DNA of 49,311 nt, taken from the IMG/VR virus record IMGVR_UViG_3300010942_000265, one strand, 5' to 3'. Shown here one piece after another: positions 46,801 to 49,311 of the stretch (position 1 is the stretch's first letter; every line of letters begins with the position of its first letter). The DNA comes from a virus. Its lineage: Duplodnaviria > Heunggongvirae > Uroviricota > Caudoviricetes. The translations under genes were made by a program, and so were the position numbers. The notes below the pieces were generated by a model that ran no database searches, was not told the origin of the DNA, and saw nothing but the letters and a program-made list of their open reading frames with translations.

Positions 46801-46860
46801 GATGTACCATTTACTTATTCACAGGAAGAATATATTGAAAGTTTAAAATGTAAGTTGTAA
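34861..46860 (+). CDS. Giant virion-packaged single-chain two-barrel RNA polymerase, multidomain (zincin + RNAP + SLOG + ART-like)
   Basis: 3999 aa. RIPT...GNTVIVPTEIVAKAGSDFDVDK matches the crAss-like vRNAP catalytic region (DFDID in phi14:2 gp66); also HEAWH, HSGGAYGGD and YHG...FF...VFSPEQI motifs. Confidence 0.9.
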   Translation: MISCPITQLPLENFYKYVFRAIKDRLGNDKSFDVNDFMEKLFEESVKKGDPETAAKWLQSTPRVINLIITKSFSDKIPLVKGLDSIYGLMADFSKPNGEGFQNVLKKYTKPVDLSNVKDSAVQQLTLEFSTEEEEDEEDQPKKETSSRKEARLKTPVVMSGTLQSFIPVAPDKKSDTYVERLDKPRAQILTNLGLLGDALSLADPFAGEFTYQGKQVKVKATNLYAFSQQNFNDLDPTTQKEIKDSNALVVKGRNIEGVTQTEGRVILVVTDQFGENLYFDQEGNLTTKGNGSLVYQFMRDVRETSTGYTVRDIYGKEEQLMSAETYAEMTYDKEIDGDYKTYVEEVKDAREKELKRLFEIREQALGDDVMLEFSGISTGITSDLTATKLPLSDFLKIPGSSKKSLKTIRTLKKAEGSFNKGRAVINLNGTDFQVNRSSMPDSVADQIAAVMFDPNIPFETKKDFYSQFIPEDSDTMLAYTMRKHEIIPDMMKQSFRIKLYDTVGSKEGFVTQPVYDFVISKNVLDKATKEQLESGIKAFSDTLKQGRANGKATYMSYKSDLLNNEEYLTFNLGTKQIEIGNYIDFLSTLDGYVDLFDGDPGFYNKHLLFNEPTDLDKQVKKATQTEVSSFDAALDEAIKFALEKKALENANKTANEIEAEVIAARAMSPEFKEQLSLQGTTGKYDSFYYTASLIQAINSNRDQRYTRETAEELRDIFSGAKYISGKQIDTINDTINRAFPKPMQELQNDISIIQGTIEPEMPDPTTVNPSTKKGSLRSRAPKNDSLNRAGYIADEIGEKDTAKVLDWWDNTKLGKELQKHITLEHAYNLVNSDVFARFIISGATLSNPDIMGSIQINKAKGSLVDIYHEAWHAFSQLYLTRQEKYGLYDEVANYKDADGKQPYKNMSYKDIDELIAEDFRTYMKKSYVKKGSPLRNKLFRKIWNFIKALFGRKSSNNTEVVTDIMNVPAVREMFEKLNYSSNKKSFVRSYKANIDNADFFELNRGISKLNRPGDSALSDQDSRLISDTIDMIISDIIDDYYRERLEEAEETGNYNSLKSGTIGLLLDPEHRAFTYEIVKERLVEKLNYFKEQLHSQPGIAPFSEIKTLEDLQENSVAVLKSAKGEDKYVFLQSQIDGFDNLNPEMKKGTRVRGESWHGIKIVGDFYSHKSVKKDKRPVGIIVVSSLEDIEVQYNNYVAGGAKDYIGVEIKDIPDYVLSAEQEFILDNVRILQAAVDNFGNTQWELEGVDPTGTIAYHLENSDFDISKKSYDLDASELDENGDEIDEDEQNETHDSETSYGSQAGSKKSLLQLASKEVVYILKSLHKVNREGEVAYNRLGFKERADFKKVWNIVTKTIGGVRNRVEAYELLKQEAKNFPEIAQLIETKFPDPKLITNTFEQDVSTSFWQTFAKPAVKYWQFTVFPQYENVVNASTGDVELSLTGFEADVTQSSIEVDSTIRKFESLFKGSVANDFIDKNSDNQSVLKLNEVVEAFKNPKHAGQLNTDKAYEFAAALGMKLDDLPVIRKSLREKAEYYGLPYIYDVIKDFNDIQKSTTATTEQIDFLNQFISNPVGLLRTEIPKGVLKSFKKEVAEKNILKRIAELQSQYGYDSANPGILLPDGNRVFENVNHSQVTVTVDAINNVDNLSDFWTRPEFQFMSHLKPGKSFFTMRSKVLGAMFDTAQGTFESKGNRSLELLQTAGTQIAEVEGVNTSDLDKLGKFFQELHTFSLGGIAEFIRHAEKKSAFGIKQLGGKMKVIANGITNGVDQNLYIDLNKFTARPGQEISDGEIVAVGGYFLDYIAAEFDRIRYFKQNPKELETIKGYNREIKDENGKLLGRAGEFFSAFDNVLTKDTKKELYALASDPLVDLPTHIRNNQGLYLNIQNDIVQYFREKAESIKSDYMSQMPYIDPKLYEKAGVEKVKGKYVDSQNALIKGYLYNDWMHKFEMFNLFNGDLGQFNHDKQEASKRAPGSTSDGEGFVNDKYMHNFINNVFNKNTYAKKLAKETGLDVDKFVMDGTLNTGVIADAERKSVYLDEMLEAWEEKYRNDLAPLYSNKAELEKEISRRLAKDAKAYKEMKESDGAAFMTFDAYRSIRKMGNSWGTAQEALYQQIVRGEAVDPLKVSEFFPIYKLHYYGAIANAPIAVTAMHKFAVTPIIPTIAVEGTEIYNLHVKMMKENRQYVTFGSGSKVSSLTTDGNFDNIFGDDTQKSVSMDAPIRNNQIYLEYLKDVTKVATKLKKEISYPTQKRVLLLDGLFNVGEIIHKVHEDVANEYKDSVEDYTETLALELLNKIGYEYDPATGKYTGKLDKFIELIRTELGAKEVPEHLIKLLDVTLAEHLSMDFSVHPEADTLEKIIVNRIQKSVIKQKTKGESMVQAPSTFYNGVWSSPFERDQAIKKNDALIKKWLGSNILPFYRRGDLKPDGTREATHAMKVAVPLNGDFLNLLKLKHPDGNPIGTAERLNDLIKTDSWLEENRELITITGPRIPTDAANSMEFAEIWHFIDAAAGNTVIVPTEIVAKAGSDFDVDKIFFMLPNINSDGTLVKAPAESLDELTKMVKESNTLSKKERKEKGLKNPQALIDQYKKAAQNRLIKNTRNILSLPENYASLTKPNNTYLVEDEVDFYDKNSAGYNNKKNAHGEPVRMNGKTEVMSPSRVFDIDYNLSQHESNLSGNLPLGIMAKKNKVHALFKSVGAIMPKSYNATVWNDETKKYDEIPAKYNVVLHMKHNKTRNSAGEEVVSLSNENNVNGEKIGDIFSHGLQGLLDRAKNPFPFKLQIVKEALSTINHLIESGVSVPETFAFINNPWIVRYIQKQMYYGGSMAKLQAEPVLSHQVKSKALRETVNQLAEFGGEDMKKTVFELANYANDRRLADVLDMLKTKNLDTKYLVTLFDADSKQLVQRLVTGKRMFDNKGFPFDTIMEIKEFESDKMEYELKTYYAKSSGIANNDNFYYAAEAAWRRAFGDKEYLSEEELKDLVVGGLKPSIQNLAILMHMMQLEKQFNGMDQLEMAFSPDTGLMDTTLQIKKRDNAFKMFESEQSKIDNDFLNRLRHNSILSSFYKSDMILDLVVPLFSLRLNDSISGFIERKIDQNRDMISQKFGPGVKGQERFINMYNNAVVNYIFQNTMSNYTDENGQPVVLPEVVHKMPVIQVKKGPAVSIVNDEVKVNLEQITNDYDTRIFLSSNNTTEGNAANNLDTFNPDQNPFPTFASYLKFVVEKEYLKTGYTKESLATNKEFIKLSNQAGSQDLGYDKYITQRALMNSFNRAFIMGTTKYSYTTMVMDIINEFEESNIKENFPVLAQLAPAKFVKEVNVLELNDKATAKGAVADDYYKNLKQLGDITVRKVQNKEDNKRISEVFKNFSMLMFYQHGMGYSKLGFVKVLDPEAFTEIMQNASNAFLNNDLSEQTFERIYTRLNTKSPFKNYTVDPNNMDDIESVEAFISTFSEDDFAGMEDFLGTPAVNQPENQPTDLSTYTNHSGGAYGGDTFWDIIGREFGVTNHKHYRDAGNTSLSAQLRRAGVEAEVLTKDQMDKARTEVETLLGEKYPDTLQGNLQVRNYYQVANADAVYAVAEIVPSTKPEVFGGTNTAIQLGIKLGKPVYVFDLDTKKWYTQDKSFLETGYDETKHEWNYNGWMETSTPTLTKNFAGVGSRDIESYNVKNAEGKWVPRPKYKGIEVEEAAKQAIREVYENTLSQSAEITQPANMVKEGVQELFDTNPELASVGTPQQYSQYLDTVFPNSKVKDILYHGGDLSNIVSRELPTFFTKDINYANLFTGVSATSDEKRIRIKGATYTIDSIEELGDEKYEVTTKNNKKFIVGKFAEYYTVDPIHGFESSKKPITEYNKQRKTTSSVFKAIVNVINPAYVNENSFENFKSIKEKLTENDSIIGEETIDTVKRGANKFTAEGESIGVFSPEQIHILGNNEDIEGFKQFVQSGNTVQTVDSSPTAMISEFYNSLTEDQKQILGNLDELIATYEDVPFTYSQEEYIESLKCKL
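37330..37720 (+). other. Zincin-like metallopeptidase domain (HExxH)
   Basis: HEAWH at 37465-37479 with downstream ELIAEDF at 37600-37620 supplying a third-ligand Glu. Boundaries approximate. Confidence 0.75.
40690..43310 (+). other. RNAP catalytic core region
   Basis: LFNGD, KRAPG, ESDGAAFM, RIPT and DFDVD (42439-42453, aa 2527-2531). Boundaries approximate. Confidence 0.8.
45289..45945 (+). other. SLOG-superfamily (Smf/DprA/LOG-like) nucleotide-binding domain
   Basis: HSGGAYGGDTFW...RNYYQVANADAVYAV...GGTNTAIQLGIKLGKPVYVFD...FAGVGSR. Confidence 0.7.
45985..46671 (+). other. ADP-ribosyltransferase-fold (ART-PolyVal-like) domain
   Basis: ELFDTNPEL...ILYHG...TFFTKDINYA...AIVNVINP...DSII...ESIGVFSPEQI, with a ~60-aa insertion. 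Confidence 0.55.
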
Positions 46861-47783
46861 TGAGTTGTATTAACAAAGCAGACAAAGCATATAAAGCCCT
46901 GCAGAGTGTCTATGGTGATACTCTTGCAGAAGCTTTTGTTCGTGGGTATCCTTCAAACAAAGGAAAGACACAGGACATGGAATATGACATTCCTAATAAG
47001 AGACAAGTTAAAGATTGGCTTACTGAAGAAAAAAGAAACATTCCAAGGTATATTAGAAGGGCAATGGAACTCAATCCTTATATGTCAGAAAGTGCTCTTA
47101 AAAGCATGCTTAAAGGAGTTATCAGTAAACGTGATGATGCTTATTTTATTACAACTGGTAATTTGTTTTCAGGATTCATGTCTATGAACCAAGAAATTTT
47201 TGATACAGTTTACACTCCTAATCTGGGTGTAATGCAAAAGTTACAGAAAGAATATCCTGATATCTTTACACTTAAGAGTACAAGAACTGAACATAGAATT
47301 GTAGTTGAGATTAACCCAAGAGTAAAACCTTTGTATGATAATACTGAGGAAGATCTTGAAGAGGTTGATCCTGTTGATACTGCAGATAGTATGCAGGAAA
47401 GCATGCAAGTTTATCAGTCTATTATAGAAAAAAATAATGGACGTAAACCTGTAGAGTTTATGTCTGGTAATTTAAAATGGCAGTTAAACAAAAATGGTTT
47501 ATACAATCTTGTAGATAAGTTTACAAATAGTGTTTACATGAGAAACATAGATTTAGAAACTGGTGAAGTAGTCCCAGAAATAGATCCAGGTACTCCGGTA
47601 AATGAAGCAAAAAGAGATAGAATATTCAGATCTGTAATGCAAATGATCAAGGAGCAAAAATTAGATGAGTATCTTGCTGTAAAAGGTATTGATACTGCAG
47701 ATATTTATGAGTCTTTGAGAGATGCTAAAACTGATAGAGATTTAAATAAAGTCATAGAAACATTATTAAAAGCAATATGTTAA
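46860..47783 (+). CDS. 307-aa protein in the ejected-protein cluster, function unknown
   Basis: TAATG coupling to the RNAP gene. Begins MSCINK and ends LLKAIC; these are its only two Cys. Confidence 0.7.
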   Translation: MSCINKADKAYKALQSVYGDTLAEAFVRGYPSNKGKTQDMEYDIPNKRQVKDWLTEEKRNIPRYIRRAMELNPYMSESALKSMLKGVISKRDDAYFITTGNLFSGFMSMNQEIFDTVYTPNLGVMQKLQKEYPDIFTLKSTRTEHRIVVEINPRVKPLYDNTEEDLEEVDPVDTADSMQESMQVYQSIIEKNNGRKPVEFMSGNLKWQLNKNGLYNLVDKFTNSVYMRNIDLETGEVVPEIDPGTPVNEAKRDRIFRSVMQMIKEQKLDEYLAVKGIDTADIYESLRDAKTDRDLNKVIETLLKAIC

Positions 47784-49311
47784 GTTGTCCAAGAAAAACA
47801 AGTAGAGAGTGGCAAGATGTTCTTGCAAGAGCTCAGGGTAATGAAGATGAAGCAAGAAGAATTTGGATTGAAGAAGAGTTTGAATTCAATCCGGATTTGA
47901 ATGTTAAAGTTACTGATGAGAACTATGAGGATGAGCGTGAAGGAGAGCCTGGTCAAGAAGAACTTGAACCAACGGATGACTTTGCTGGATTACTACAAAG
48001 AATTAAAATCTATGTTAATAGACAGATTGAAATTCTAAACAGTAAGAAGATTGCTAATGTGAAGTACAAACAAAGTCAGTTAAGAGAGTTGTTGAATGCT
48101 ATTGAGACTATGGATGGTGTTGCTTCAATTAATATGTTTGTTAAAGATGCATATGACAAAGCTCAACAAGTAGAAAGAAGATTTGCTAAACTGTTAAGTA
48201 ATAAAAAGAACATGAGTTCTAAGGAAATCATGATTGAATTAACAGGTATTAATGACTTTGCAAATAGTTATTCTATTTTGGATGAGATTGATTCTGCAGA
48301 TATCATGAACTACTTTACAACTAAAGCTGGTGTTGAAGATAGTTTTGGCCCTATGACTCCTCAAAAGATGTTAACGGATGCTATTAAGATCAGAGACAAG
48401 GTTAAGAAAAAAGTAGTAACAGAGGCTATTCCTTTGATGGCTGAGTATTTGGTGGAGTACAAGTCTACCCTACAAGACAAAACCATTCCTGAAGAAGTAG
48501 CTAGAATGGAACAACAAATCCAAGACATTGAAGCTAACACTAGAATGTCTGATAAAAGAAAAGCAAAAGAAATTAAAAAGCTTCAAGATAGACTAAAGCT
48601 TTTTGAAGGATTTGATGTTGATCAAGGATCCATGGAAAAGATTCTAAAGATGGCTAATAGAGATGAAGGAGTCCTTGACTTTTTAGTATCTCCTCTTATT
48701 ACATCTTCAGACAGTGCATTAGCTTTGTTTGCTAAGTCTATTAAATCTCAATTAGAATTTGCTAGACAAAAAGATATCAAAGTTAGAGATCAGTTGATTG
48801 AAGCTTTCCAAAAGTATAAACCTACAGCTCCTGCAGGATCAGATAATACTGCTAAGTTTAATCAAGGTCTTTATGAAGAAATAGAGATTCCTGTATATGA
48901 CAAAGATGGTACTGTTTCTGGAACAAGAAAAGAAGTACAGTTTGTACAAAAGTTTGATATGAATAAATTCAATCAGGCTAAAAAAGCATTCTTTGAAAAA
49001 TTAGGCCCAATGCCACAAAAAGCTGGAGAAAAAGCTACTAAGGAAGAGTCAGCTAAAATTAAGGCTTGGTGGGCAGAGCGCAACAAATGGTTTAAAGAGA
49101 ATACTCAACCAAGACCTAAAGAAGAAAGAGATGCTATCATTTCACAAATGCAGAAAGATAAAGATAACAAACTGATTAGTGAAGATGATTATAATAAATG
49201 GTTAAGAAAGAATGTCAATGAATATCAAGGTGTTGTCACATACTTTGATGACTTGGCTACTCCATCTAATAACTATAAGAGTCAGAAATGGAATGAAATG
49301 TATGACTCAAA
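47777..49311 (+). CDS. Large helical protein, 3'-truncated (probably the next giant ejected protein); absent from the ORF track
   Basis: I translated from ATG 47777 (MLSCPRKTSREWQDVLARAQGNEDEARRIW...) to the window end: 511 codons, no stop. It overlaps the previous stop by 7 nt. Confidence 0.85.
   Translation, partial: MLSCPRKTSREWQDVLARAQGNEDEARRIWIEEEFEFNPDLNVKVTDENYEDEREGEPGQEELEPTDDFAGLLQRIKIYVNRQIEILNSKKIANVKYKQSQLRELLNAIETMDGVASINMFVKDAYDKAQQVERRFAKLLSNKKNMSSKEIMIELTGINDFANSYSILDEIDSADIMNYFTTKAGVEDSFGPMTPQKMLTDAIKIRDKVKKKVVTEAIPLMAEYLVEYKSTLQDKTIPEEVARMEQQIQDIEANTRMSDKRKAKEIKKLQDRLKLFEGFDVDQGSMEKILKMANRDEGVLDFLVSPLITSSDSALALFAKSIKSQLEFARQKDIKVRDQLIEAFQKYKPTAPAGSDNTAKFNQGLYEEIEIPVYDKDGTVSGTRKEVQFVQKFDMNKFNQAKKAFFEKLGPMPQKAGEKATKEESAKIKAWWAERNKWFKENTQPRPKEERDAIISQMQKDKDNKLISEDDYNKWLRKNVNEYQGVVTYFDDLATPSNNYKSQKWNEMYDS

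Noticed and set aside
46842-46860. -1 slippery heptamer T TTA AAA at the end of the RNAP gene; the next gene is in the -1 frame
   Set aside because: The -1 frame reads TTT AAA ATG TAA (stop at 46851-46853), so a shift would not fuse the two proteins.
5089-47187. Short + strand ORFs nested in other frames (e.g. 5089-5277, 14823-15038, 37034-37333, 46906-47187)
   Set aside because: They overlap larger genes out of frame, with typical off-frame L/I/K-rich translation and no independent evidence.
694-47404. Numerous short minus-strand ORFs in the track (e.g. 694-1095, 38961-39347, 42111-42479)
   Set aside because: All lie antisense to long coherent + strand genes, show shadow-ORF composition and have no recognisable motifs.
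34851-47788. Terminal Cys as split-intein junctions
   Set aside because: No intein blocks are visible: no C-terminal His-Asn, and no Cys-initiated intein N-fragment following an extein. The Cys are at the wrong ends for trans-splicing.
1-49311. Stop-codon reassignment as in some crAss-like phages
   Set aside because: All genes, including the 12-kb ORF, read through in code 11 and abut their neighbours. 21 of 22 stops are TAA and one is TGA. No TAG stop is used, but no gene needs TAG or TGA read-through.
1-49311. tRNA, rRNA, CRISPR array, integrase, transposase, diversity-generating retroelement
   Set aside because: Intergenic gaps are at most about 110 nt and contain no cloverleaf or repeat-spacer structure. 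No RT, recombinase or transposase motifs, and no near-identical template/variable repeat pair was noticed.

Overview
This is a 49.3-kb AT-rich fragment of a dsDNA phage genome. It is the late/virion module of a crAss-like (Crassvirales-related) podovirus, most likely infecting a Bacteroidota host. All 23 credible genes are on the + strand, tightly packed and often translationally coupled, and read in the standard code. Gene order matches the crAss-type virion operon: small basic proteins, ring/adaptor, Dps-like protein, auxiliary capsid-like protein, tail hub-like and Cys-rich fibre proteins, IHF/HU-like protein, two more ring proteins, a 1797-aa muzzle/stabilisation protein, a run of cargo proteins, then giant ejected proteins. 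These include a 1926-aa protein with a PD-(D/E)xK nuclease, a 3999-aa virion RNA polymerase (DFDVD) fused to zincin, SLOG and ART-like domains, a 307-aa protein, and a giant ORF truncated by the right edge and missing from the ORF track. Major capsid, portal and terminase are not in the window. Assignments rest on motif recognition and synteny only; no searches were run. The most novel-looking signals are: (1) the last four ejected proteins are almost Cys-free, yet carry Cys exactly at facing C- and N-termini across three consecutive gene junctions, suggesting a head-to-tail docking or disulfide relay; (2) a [hydrophobic]-x-x-G-G motif recurs through five putative internal head proteins; (3) one cargo protein holds an outer-membrane beta-barrel-like segment; (4) CpG is depleted, with survivors concentrated in CGCG/CCGG; (5) a shared palindrome precedes three virion genes. 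No tRNA, rRNA, CRISPR array or mobile element was seen.
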